Assembly (NCBI RefSeq): GCF_009914755.1
Contig: NC_060936.1
Origin: the human T2T-CHM13v2.0 reference genome, Homo sapiens
DNA: 64,000 bases
Strand: one strand, 5' to 3'
Shown: in pieces, positions 27,421-38,634 of the stretch
How positions within the stretch are numbered: position 1 is the first letter of the stretch
How the letters are laid out: every line of letters starts with the position of its first letter
Position numbers and translations under genes: made by a program
The notes under the pieces: generated by a model
The model's input: only the letters and a program-made list of their open reading frames with translations
What the model was told of the DNA's origin: nothing
Databases searched by the model: none

Positions 27421-29049
27421 CTAAAAACAGAATATGTGATTCTTGTGTTCAGAGGATGCCAATAAATACCATGAGGAAAGCAAAGGGAATCCATTATTTA
27501 TAATGGTAAGTTACGCGATTAATAAGTTAAAAATTACCTCCAACATCTGCTTTTCTATATATTTGAGTAAATATCCCTTTTTATACCGAACCAAATGTGA
27601 GAAATAATGGGAAATGCATAAGAACACTATTTTGAGAAACTTTGGTTTCGTATAAACAGCAAGTAGGCAGGCGCTGACCCAGTTCTTCCCCTTACTCTAC
27701 ATAAAATGCAATCCAAGTCCTGTGCTCTGGAGCACCGAAGAAATGACAGGTTCTTCCTAAACTGCTGAATATTCAAATCCTGCAGTGCTGTGGGTCAGAG
27801 TCACAGTGACCAGAGATGAGGTGGAAATCATGGTGCCTATTCTTCTGTGATCACATCTGCAATTGGGACAAATTGGGGGAATGTGTCCTCTCACCTATGG
27901 TGTCACCAGGAATGAACTTTCTACATGTGAATCTGTAGCATCACCTAATTACCGTCCCACAAATGGTTCTTCAGAGAATCAAAAGGCTTCTTATTAGCTA
28001 CAGCTGAGATTTAAAAGAATAGGCAAAACCATAGCATTGAAATTTTTATTAAAAGGCTGCTAATATAAACTTCCAGTGATCTGAGTAGCTGAATTCTAAG
28101 ATTACAAATAAACTAAAGGAAAAGAGAAAAAGGAGAGAAACCTATTGTTCAAGTCTCTTTTCAAAAAATTTCCTAAGATAGAAATGTAGAACAAAGAGAC
28201 TTCTAAAGATTGTCTTAGATTCTTAACAGAATATAATATAAGAAATGTACATGCAGATAGCGGGGAGTAGGGGATGGGAGTAGATAGGACAACATATACA
28301 GGCCACTGACGTTGTCCATACCGACTACATTCCAAGCCATTTAACTGAAACAGTCGTTCGATGTCTTTGCCGCCTTGACCTCAACTTGCTTTTCTTACTA
28401 TGCAAACACTTCCTCTTTGCCAAGTCATTTGAAATTGTGGAAGTCTGAGTTTACAGATGCTGTAGGCTCATTCTAAATACCTCAAGTGTGCATAACTTAG
28501 AACCTACAGAATGCTGAACAGCACAGATTATAGTTTGGCAGATCAATCTAATGAGAATGGAAAACAGTTCTTGTTATCCACTGCATTTCCATTCCCACTG
28601 GAATAAATTGAAATAATCATGCACATACCAAATGCTAGAGAAAGGAAATACAGGGTGGGGTCTAATGCCAGTGCTCTGAAGGGAGACTGGCCCCAATTGT
28701 GTGTTGGCATACCCTTGAGGTAACCCAGCTTTCTTAAGAGCTAATGTGAAATCACCCCCTTGCCACAGGGCCCAACCAGAGGAAATGAGAAAAAGGCAGT
28801 GGACAAAATGAGTAGGAAGTCCCTTAAGATACGGGGAGAGCATCGCATTCCTCCAAGGGAAAGGAAGGGAGAGATGCTGGGAATCGGAAAGCACTGGGAC
28901 AACAGCTGAGAGAGAAGGAAAAGGCGAGGCTCCAGCCCTCAGAACTTAGGCTCCATTCCCTCCAGGCCCTCTCCCTGCAGCTGCCTTGTTGCTATTTTTT
29001 TCAATTCAGGCTCAACTTTACAGACTTACTAAGCTGTTTGTTTAAAATA

Positions 29050-29795
29050 CATTCACACTCATGATCACAGTGAGAGAAAATAGACAATCTCTGGTAGATG
29101 TCCAGGCTAGAGGAGGATACAGCAATATGTGTCAAAAACTTTTTAAAGTACATAATATTTGCCTGAGTAATTCTGCCTCCAGGATTCTGATGAAAGGAAA
29201 CAACCAGGTATATGCATAAAGATATATATGTACAGGAATGTGCCTCACCACATTAGTTATGAGACCAAAAAATTAGAAACATAAAACTAAATTTCCAACC
29301 ATATGGGGATGATTCAATTAATTTTGGTGGCATCACAATATGAACTATTATGGACGATTAAAATGATCACATGAAACTATATTTATTAACATAAAAATAT
29401 ATTTTTATTATATAAGCATTTTAAAGGAGATTATGCAACACAATGCAGGGGCTTCCCATTTTGTTGTTAAAAGACATGACTGAGTGAGAGAAAGTCTTAA
29501 AGGCCTTGCTCGTGTAATAAAATCAGTTATAAATTCAATTGTAGAAGGAAATGTTGATGATCCATTATTAAGTTTGAGAAGCAAGTAGCAGAACAGTATT
29601 ACAGTCTGTCTCTCAGTAAATAAAATAATCATATTATTAATATATGTGCATAATATTTGTTCATTATATATATGCATGCATCAGTAAATAATGAGAATAT
29701 ACACCAAAATGTTAACAATGGTAGGATTGCACATGGGTTTTATTTTCATTTTTGTACCTTTCTGAATTTTTCTAAATTTTTACAAATACAATTTT
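29050..29795 (+). mobile_element. L1ME-type 3' fragments
   Basis: agcaatatgtgtcaaaa...gtaattctgcctccagga...atgcataaagatatatatgtacaggaatg; later atacaccaaaatgttaacaatggt. Confidence 0.65.
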
Positions 29796-30479
29796 TTATG
29801 GTCAGAAAAAGCAATGATTCTTTAAGTCTTACATGTAACACTGCTGTTCATTCCCCTGCAAATAAAAGGCACAAGAAACTAGTACCAACTTCCCACTTTC
29901 TGACATCTAAATGCTGCTCATTTCACATGTTTCTTTTTGGCATGGAAAGCTAAGGTATAAAGGAGGGGAACAAAGTGAAAAATACCCAAGGGAGAAGAGC
30001 GAGGCATCCATAGGTCACATCCTGATGCGCATGACTCATTCCCACAGATACAATAATTAGGACCAAACCTTTAGATTGCACAATGTCATTATCATTTAAA
30101 AGGTGAAAAATAACTTATCGCCTTTATGCAAAATAAAAGTCATCTTGAGAGATGGTATCATTATTCTATTACTACACTCTTATGAGTTGCATAAAGTGAT
30201 GTCAAGAAGGCATATATCACCTCTGGTGGTCCATATGCATCCTATTGAAAAATGTGCATATGTACTCTGCATAGATCTTTTTTTCTGTAATAGATTAGGA
30301 GAGAATGTCTGACATGCTTAACTAGATTTCAAAATAGCAAAGGAAACGGTCAAACATGGAGTAACTGCAGTAATGAGATAACTATGTGAAATACCTCACA
30401 CAATGTTTGAGATAGCTGAACTTAATCTATAAGAAATCACTGAGAAATAGAGAGGAGCCAAAAATCTGGAGTTCAAAAA

Positions 30480-30840
30480 CTTTCCCATTTTTCTAAAATG
30501 TGGCAAGTAAACTCTAAAACCATAAATGAGTAAGCATGACACCAAGTGATAAACCATTGTAGAACAGATTACTAAGCAAGTGGTTTGTGAGCAGAAAAGG
30601 ATTTCTGATTACACTGGAAGCCAATATGGGTTTAGGGGAAAAAAAAGCCTTAACTAATCTCATTTTTAAAATAGGACCATTAAACTAGGAAGTGCTATAA
30701 ATATGTTTGCAAATTTAATTTTGAAAAGTCATTCATCAAAATCTCTCATAAAATCCCTGTATACAAGATGGAGAATGTGACCTAGATGAAAGTCCAGAAG
30801 GTGGACTGTTAGGATTCACAAAAAGTAGTGACTGATGAGC
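30480..30840 (+). mobile_element. L3/CR1 RT-region fragment
   Basis: tagaacagattactaagcaagtggtttgtgagca...ggaagccaatatgggttta...actaatctcatttt...caagatggagaatg. Confidence 0.55.
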
Positions 30841-30989
30841 CCATCTCTTCCTTGAACGGAAGCGTCCAAAGTGTGGGTGTGTACTGATATGAATGTGTGA
30901 GTGTATTGATGTGGAGGTAAGTGTGTATGTGTGCCTATGCATGAATGGGTGAAAGGGCTTAATGGAGAGCTACCACTACTCTTCCTCCT

Positions 30990-30993
<4 letters not shown>

Positions 30994-31025
<32 letters not shown>
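30994..31025 (+). repeat. (CA)n microsatellite
   Basis: About 16 consecutive CA units. Confidence 0.95.
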
Positions 31026-31028
<3 letters not shown>

Positions 31029-31079
31029 CTTGCTAATTTTCCTCAATTCCTTACTTTTTTCACCCTACACATTAATGCT

Positions 31080-31520
31080 TCATTGAGTCCCTTCCATTCC
31101 ACCTCTAAAGCATGTACCCAGTTTGTCTACTACACATCATCTCTATTACTACTACCCGATTGAAGCCATCACCACCTCTCACCTTGACCACAACAAACAT
31201 CTTCTAGCCAGTTATCTATTCTGATTCTCACTCCCTACAATAAATTTTCCACAGCAAAGCTGGAGTGAGCTTTTAAAAACTTTTATTAGATCATCCCAAG
31301 CTTGTGCTTAAAATCCTGCAACTCATTAGACTCAAATGAAAACTTCATAGTCTGGCCTACAAAGCTCCATGTCTGGCTGCTGCCCACCTCTCCCCATCAA
31401 CAACCAGGTCACTGTAACACTCTCCACCTCACCCCCTGTACTGTAGCTACTGTCACCTTAATGCCTTTGAACAAGCTCCACCCTTTGCCTGGAATCTCCT
31501 TTTCTAGGGACCTCCCACTC
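31080..31520 (+). mobile_element. L2 fragment
   Basis: aagccatcaccacctctcacctt...ccacagcaaagctggagtgagcttttaaaa...ctttgcctggaat. Confidence 0.6.
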
Positions 31521-31674
31521 TGCTTCTGTTTTTCTCCTAAGAGTGAGGAAGAAATGATAAACAGGTTGGGAAATATGAGCAAGGAGAATTTATACCTCCA
31601 CTAAGCAAATAAATAAAAACATTACAGACCAGCCTTAATAATTATCTAGAAAAGTTACTAAACATTCACAAAAA

Positions 31675-32165
31675 ACAATCATTCATTCACTAACGTTTAT
31701 TGTCTACTTTGTATGTAAGAAACTGTTCTAGAGGCTAGGGATACTCCTCATGGAACTTACACTGTATTGGAGAGAGAAAAAAATAAGCAAATATATAATG
31801 CCTGTCAGCAATGAGTGTTACTAAGGCAAAGCAGGGTAAGAGCAATAGTGAGGCTGGGGAGAAGTGGTTGCTTTTCTAGATAGGGTGGACAACAAATGTC
31901 TCTCCAATGAGGTAAGACATGTGAGTAGAGACCTGGCAGAGGTGAGGAGACACAACCTGGAGAATATCTGGGGGAAGAGAATTACAGGAAGAGCAAGCAG
32001 AAAGTGCAAAAGCCCTGAGGTGGCAGTGTGCTTGAGCATACAAGGAACACACAAAACACACACGTGGTAGAATGCAACAAGAGTATGGACTGAACAAGTT
32101 AGAGATGCATAAAAAATTACAACCTAGGCATAACCAGGGGTCAGATCAAACAGGGCCTTGAGAAC
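31675..32165 (-). mobile_element. L2 fragment
   Basis: cattcattcactaacgtttattg...ctcatggaacttacact...gcaaaagccctgaggtggcagtgtgcttg. Confidence 0.7.
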
Positions 32166-33539
32166 AGAAATCATCCATTATCATGTGTATGCTGTTGTTT
32201 TGAGCGGGGAGATGATATTACCTTGGCATAATCAAGCATTCCTTTGGTTTTAAGTGGGATAACTGAGTGCTCAAACATAGGAAAAATATAAATATTGCTA
32301 TGAAGGAAGTCAGGAAATAAATTTGTTGATAAAAAAATAGATGCTTCAGAAGAACCCTTCATTTAGGGACCCACCAAGTAATATCCATGAAAACCCGCAT
32401 GATCTGGGAATATCGTTCCCCTGTTTTTCCTCCATTCCATACAACGAAGATGGAATCCAAGGCACATCCATTTAGTCCCCATTTATTACCCCATCTTCTC
32501 TAAATATCTAAGATGTTTTTAGTTTGGCAGACTTTTTATTTTGCTCTGTAAACCGGCCATTGCCTTCAATCATGTTTAACCTGACCTACATCACTGGGGA
32601 TCCTGTGGCTGGAAAACTAACTGCACACAAAGGTTACTTTATGAATATTTGTTGAATGAATGAATAAACAGTGTATCTGGCTTAAATTTACCATCTGTAA
32701 CAAAGAGACACTGTTCACTGGGCTGGTCGTAATATTTCTTTAAGAATTGAGAATAGTCTATATTTATTTTAGGCAAATGATCTAAATCAAGCTCACCTGC
32801 ACCCTCTGTAATTCTTACTCAGAGAGGAAGACTTCCAGTTGCTCTTTAGAATTTAAGGGCATGAACAATCCAGCAGAAACCGCTTAGCAAGAGAACCAGG
32901 AAGAGCAAAACACATTTAAACCAATCAGGGCTCAAAGGGGAGAAATGGCATAATGGTTGCTCTTACAAGTGTAAATTATTCACACCAGAAATGCTGAACA
33001 GAAGGAAGGAAGACGGAAGGAAGGGAAGGGAGCAAAGGTGGGCGTGGGGAAGCGAAGAGGGAATGAGGAAGAGGAGGAGATGGAGAGAGAAGAACTATTT
33101 AGGTTGTGAAGCCAGGAAGAACCCACCTTGGGCCTTACTTTCTTTGCTTTCAAGTCTCGATGGCGAACATTTCTGACAGGTTGGCAAGGCTCAGTGAGCA
33201 CCAATGGGTCAGGGTCTTCTGTTCTCTCTCAGGATCCTGCTCCTCATTGCAAAGTTGCTCACCAATCTGCAAAGGGTCTCAACTTGGAAGCAGCTCCTGC
33301 CCGCTCCATCCAAGGCCGTTGAGTTCACGCAGATTTTCTTTTGCAGCGGCCCCACAGGTCTGGAGGGCAACATGGGAGTGCGTTCCAGCTCTGCACCCAG
33401 GGAAAAGCCACTGAAGAGCACAGACGATTCAAACTCCCCAACCTGTCCCTCTTGAACCGCTCCAGGTAGAACTGTTGGACTTAGCAAACAAAAATACAGG
33501 ACGCTCTGTATGTTGCTTAGCAAACCTAGCCCTAGAAGC

Positions 33540-34600
33540 CCAGAGAGGCTGGGGCGTTAACCATACTGGGGAGAGGCGTGGGCAACTGAGAATGGAGGGG
33601 ACCTCGGAGGGAGGGCCCGGAAAAAATTTTTAAAAGCCAGTCCCACAACTCCGCGACACGTCCCAGCCAAGGCGCGGCGGGGAGCCTTGGACAGGAGTGC
33701 ACTTGAAGGTGAGGGTGCAGAGTGGCCGGTGGGACTTGTGGCTGGTGTTCTCGGCCATGCCCTGGCCCCAGAAGTCGTTGGTGAAGATGCCCCAGCAGAG
33801 CGAGGCGCTGGGCCGCACGTCGGGGTTGTTCACGGTCGCCCACGAACTCGCCCTGCAGGGAACGGCCTTAGCACAGGCAGCTCGCGCCTGCCAGCAGCGC
33901 CGCGGCCCCGGCTATCAACACCTCCTCCTCCCCACTGCGAATGCCCCGATCGTGCTCCCCAAAACCCAATACATCCACGCCCCCAAAAAACTGGGAACCC
34001 ACGCGGGTGCCTTCTGTTTACCGCAGCGCTCTCACTGCAGGCGCTTGAGTACCAGATGGCGAGAGTTCGCGCGCAGGTGGAGTGGGGATCCTGGCGCTAG
34101 GCTACCCAGGAGAGGAGGGGAAGGGCAACCCGCGGTCCCGCCTGTGGTGCCCGGCTGTGCTCATCCCCACGCCCCAGACCCCAAAAGGGGCTGGGGAGGG
34201 GCACATCTGGCGGACCCCTCGCGGGGGACCAAGCGGGTTTAGCAGGTGCGCCGCCTGGAACCCCTACGCCCACCTTCCAGGGAGAAAAGTGCCTCTGCTT
34301 CTCGGGAAGTTCCCGGCTTTTCAGCACCCGGGACAACAGCAGCGGCACCTGGGGAGAGGCTCTCCACCCCGCCCCGCGCTCGCTTCCAGTCGCCAGCTTC
34401 GTGATCTTCTGCCCGGACTTTCTCTCACCCGCCGGGCGCTGCGTCCTGCAGTCCCAGCCTCCCTTGGGGACAGGGAGCACCTTCCCCAAAGCCAGGAGAA
34501 GAGGTCTCCCTGGACAAGGACATCCTGCTTGCCCTGCCTGGGTGTGTTTAGAGGAGCCACCGGCGGTTTAACTTCACAGCCCATTTATTGGCCCGCACTT
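33540..34600. promoter_or_regulatory. CpG island / promoter-like region inherited from the TMTC1 5' end
   Basis: GC- and CpG-rich in an otherwise CpG-depleted window (16 CpGs in 33781-33912). GC boxes (ccaccccgccccgcgc ~34363-34378) and a minus-strand CCAAT (attgg ~34586-34590). Confidence 0.75.
33703..33912 (-). pseudogene. TMTC1: TMTC1 pseudo-exon 1 (5'-truncated, nonsense and frameshift lesions)
   Basis: TAA at 33870-33868 replaces Tyr. Five codons (HDDVW) are reduced to 1 nt at the 33841/33840 junction. No upstream MVVTTS start region. Ends TTC AA|gtgcac, a weak donor with GT at 33702-33701. Confidence 0.93.
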
Positions 34601-37344
34601 ACAAAAAGCCCCAGGTTTAATTCTTGGTTTGGGCCTAGGAGCTGAACTGGCTTCTAAAACACTTCTTTCATTTTTATTTATTTCAACTCTTTGGGCAATC
34701 CGGGATATGACGAGCAAATTATTCTTATGCAAGGCAGTCACTTGGGTCTGATTATTCATTTCTGGGCTTTGCAGGTGTTTGAACTGCTTCTGCTCAGTCA
34801 ATATGCAAAGAACTGGGTAAGGCCTTTGGTTTTGGCTCCTAAACGTCCCTGTCTTCTTCAAAGGTTCTCATTTTAAAATACTAGCTATAGTCTATCAATA
34901 ATTAGCTGAGAGTGCTGCACACTAAATAAGTTTCTACATTTGAAAGTCTCCTAACTCTTTCGGGCCCCTTGCAAATTACCACTGTTGCATGTTAGTGGTG
35001 GGCCTCTGATGAGCTTTCTAGACCCTTCTTCAAAACCAGTGGACTTATTCCCAGCTCTTGAGAGTTCTATTGGAAGGAAACCCTCAGGTATCAGTCCTCT
35101 TTAGAATTGTCTTGCCTGAAAAGGGACACCTCCACCAAGGTCACCTCCTCTTTCCAGGGTAGCATGAATCCAATGACTGATGGGTGTTGGGTTACGGAGG
35201 CCCGCTTGACCCTCCTGCCCTTGCTAGCAACAATTCTGATCATCATTCCAGCTTCAGATCTTTCCAAGGTGTCTCCACTGAGGCCATATATGGCTCAGCT
35301 GCTCCCTTTGACTAATCCTTTTTTCCCTTACTTTCCACAGGTGGTGATCCTAAGAGCACTCCCATATACACATCCAGCACCTTAAAAATCCATCAGACTC
35401 TGCTTCCTAAGGATCCCAACCTGAAAAAGTTGGTGCTAGGAGTGGCCCCAGAAAGCATATGTTAAGATCAGCTCTTGGAGTTGTATTACCCACCAACCCA
35501 GCTGGAAAAAGTATACCATCACTGGAGCTAGCTGGAGCACAGATAATGCTGGCACAAGGTATCAGTTCCACTATAAAAATGTTCACTGGTGATAAAAGGG
35601 AATGTTATTTGTAAAGTGAAAGCACTACACTGTGCAATGTTTCAGGCTTTTGGGAAATGCAAGAGAAATTGTAACCCTAGGGACAGTGGAATTGGGTGGC
35701 TCCCAGTTGATGCTTTGGAGAAAGTTAATGAAAAAATTGGAGCAATTAGTTGGCAATTAAAAGCTAAATGTAAAATCCAGAAGGCCTCTTAGCATATAAT
35801 GAAATTCGCATCTTCTGCAACCAGACAGCAAAGAAAACTGAAGATCAGTCCTGAGATTTAATCCGTAAGAGTGACAGAGCCCAAGAGAAGGTTAATTTCC
35901 CAAAATAGGCTGGTCTGCCATGCCAAGGTCAGCACTTTGGTTGGGAAAAAAATGGGATATCAACATATGAAATAGGCATATTGAGGCTGATGCCCATGAA
36001 AATAGTAAATTCTCAGTTTCCTCTGGAACTCCTGAGAATGCAGAAGTGGCCCAATGCTCCCTACTAAGGGTGAGTCCCCAACCTCATTAACCTTGAAGAA
36101 GATGCAATAGCCTCTTCTTTGCAAGACAGTTTGTGTACCCCTAAGGATTTGCTTCCACTTCTCCTCTGACCACTAAAGTTGGAGACCTTGGTAAGAAACA
36201 TGCCCTCCTGAGAGTGGAAGAAAAAAATCCTACAAAGATGAAAAGACTTGTCAAATCAGTAAAATATTTAGGGCTCAAGTAGCAGGACATTGCTTTCAAA
36301 GTAAATGACAAATTGTTGCATCCAGCAACTTTCACCTCCAAGAAGAAAGCACAATACCTGGTAGGCCTCTACTATTTGTGGAGACAGCATATTCTACACC
36401 TAGGAATACTAATCCAGCCCACATACTGGTACCCCAGTGGCTGCCAGTTTGGAGAGGCCCATAGCAGGAAACGATTGTGCAGTAGGTCCAGGCTATGGCG
36501 CAAGCTGCCCTCCCCCTGGGGGCATGTGTGTGGACAGAACCCTATGTTAAGTGTCGGTGGTAGGAAAAGACACCATGTAAAGTGTCTGGCAAGGCCCTGG
36601 AGGAGAATTATAATGCAGACTCATAGGGTTCTGGGACAAGTCCATGCCACCTGCAGTAATAAATCATATACACTCACGAACATTCCTGATGCACTACTGG
36701 GCCCTAGTAGAGACAGAGTGCGGGACTCATGCAACTCTAAATGACCATGCAGTAGAATGGCCAATTGTGATCTGGATTCTTCCAGACCCACCAAGTCATA
36801 AGGTTGAACAGACATAAAAGCATTCCGACATACAATGGAAGTGGTACATCTGGGATCAAGTACAAGTGGGGCCAGAGGCAGCAGCCTGTACTGTCTCCCA
36901 GAGTCAATTTTTAAATTTCCAGGCGTTTTGGAAGCCAGTTGTTAAACACAACTATCATTACAAATTAAATTATATAAACTTACAATTAAATAAATTATAT
37001 TAAAGACAAAGGCAAGAAATACTCAAACTTTTTTACTTCTTAATGATTTTACTACATTTTACTACTACCTATGCTTTTGAGATTATGTCTTTTATGTCTG
37101 AATGGTAGAAATACTCTATAATAGTGTGCTACAGTGTATCTCTTTACCACTTCACATTCAGTGCTGGTATGTTGATAGTTTGAAATAGCTGTTTTGAAGG
37201 ATCTATATAACTTACATTGTCAACTGCTACAAATGAGGTCTTGATTTATTGTTTTTTGTAGACTGTCTATACAGTTGTACAGTTGTGTAGATTGTCTACA
37301 CAGAATGTAATAGGAAAAATCGTAATCATGTAGATTTTATGTAT

Positions 37345-38634
37345 TCATTTGTTTATTTTAGAAACTGGATCTCATTCTGTTATCCAGGCTGGAGGGCAGT
37401 GGCAGCTTCAACCTCCTGGGCTCAAGGAATCCTCCTGCCTCAGATTCCTGAGTAGCTGGGATAATAGACACATGCCACTATGTGTTGCGGGAAGTCAGGG
37501 ACCCCAAACGAAGGGACTGGCTGAAGCCATGGCAGAAGAACGTGGATTGTGAAGATTTCATGGACATTTATTAGTTCCCCAAATTAATACTTTTATAATT
37601 TCTTTTGCCTGTCTTTACTGCAATCTCTAAATTGTGAAGATTTCATGGACACTTATCACTTCCCCAGTCAATACCCTTGTGATTTTCTATGCCTATCTTT
37701 ACTTTAATCTCTTAATCCTGTCATCTCATAAACTGGGGAGGATGTATGTCGCCTCAGGACCCTGTGATGATTGCATTAACTGCACAAATTGTAGAGCATG
37801 TGTGTTTGAACAATATGAAATCTGGGCACCTTGAAAAAAGAACAGGATAACAGCAATGTTCAGGGAATAAGAGAGAGAACCTTAAACTCTGACCACTGGT
37901 GAGCCAGGCGGAACAGAGCCATATTTCTCTTCTTTCAAAAGCAAATGGGAGAAATATCGCTGAATTCTTTTTCTCAGCAAGGAACATCCCGGAGAAAGAG
38001 AATGCGCCCCTGAGGGTGAGCCTCTAAAATGGCCCCCTTGGGTGTGGCCGTCTTCTATGGTGGAGACTGTAGGGATGAAATAAGGCCCAGTCTCCCATAG
38101 CGCTCCCAGGCTTATTAGGACGAGGAAATTCCCGCCTAATAAATTTTGATCAGACCGGTTGCTGTCAAACCCTGTCTCCTGATAAGATGTTATCAATGAC
38201 AATGGTGCCCAAAACTTCATTAGCAATTTTAATTTCGCCCCAGTCCTGTGGTCCTGTGATCTCGCCCTGCCTCCATTTGCCTTGTGATATTCTATTACCT
38301 TGTGAAGTACGTGATCTCTGTGACCCACACCCTATTCGTACACTCCCTCCCCTTTTGAAAATCCCTAATAAAAACTCGCTGGTTTTGCGGCTTGTGGAGC
38401 ATCACGGAACCTACCGACATGTGATGTCTTGCCCAGAGGCCCAGCTTTAAAATTTCTCTCTTTTGTACTCTGTCCCTTTATTTCTCAAACCAGCCAATGC
38501 TTAGGGAAAATAGAAAGGAAACTACGTGAAATATTGGGGGTGAATTTTGCCCGATATCTGGCTGAATTTCCCCTAATAACCATGCCTGTCTCATTTTAAA
38601 AATTAGAGACAAGGTGTCTCTGTTTGCCCAGGAT
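37345..38634 (-). mobile_element. Truncated AluJ split by MER11A
   Basis: Alu sequence at 37345-37482 continues at 38585-38634 (cctgtctcattttaaaaattagagacaagg...gcccagg). Confidence 0.8.
37483..38578 (+). mobile_element. MER11A (HERV-K11) solo LTR with 6-bp TSD
   Basis: Starts tgttgcgggaagtcagggaccccaaacg and ends ggctgaatttcccctaata. TSD actatg (37477-37482) / accatg (38579-38584). Confidence 0.92.

Larger units (their letters stand above)
26833..33912 (-). pseudogene. TMTC1: Unprocessed (duplicated) TMTC1 pseudogene fragment: exons 1 and 2 with a ~6.3-kb intron
   Basis: Minus-strand translation gives AGAAALLAGASCLC*GRSLQGEFV//ATVNNPDVRPSASLCWGIFTNDFWGQGMAENTSHKSHRPLCTLTFK (33912-33702), then YFHVVNIILHCLATLMLMCTCDKTGFKNPGL (27414-27322) and AFITVMFGALYSSHTKA (26883-26833). 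These are collinear with the recalled TMTC1 N-terminus (AGAAALLAGASCLCYGRSLQGEFVHDDVWAIVNNPDVRPGAPLRWGIFTNDFWGKGMAENTSHKSYRPLCVLTFK...YFHAVNIILHCLVTLVLMYTCDKTVFKNRGLAFVTALLFAVHPIHTEA). Stop, frameshift and L1 insertion are all present. Confidence 0.93.

Noticed and set aside
26833-33912. Functional TMTC1 gene or processed retrocopy
   Set aside because: Missing start, in-frame stop, frameshift, L1 insertion and lost donor exclude a functional gene; the intron excludes a retrocopy.
33687-34645. 137-187-aa plus-strand ORFs
   Set aside because: Stop-poor GC-rich CpG-island sequence, partly antisense to TMTC1 codons; no recognisable protein.
36313-36744. 143-aa ORF as a host gene
   Set aside because: The N-terminal part is a decayed ERVL pol fragment that then shifts frame.
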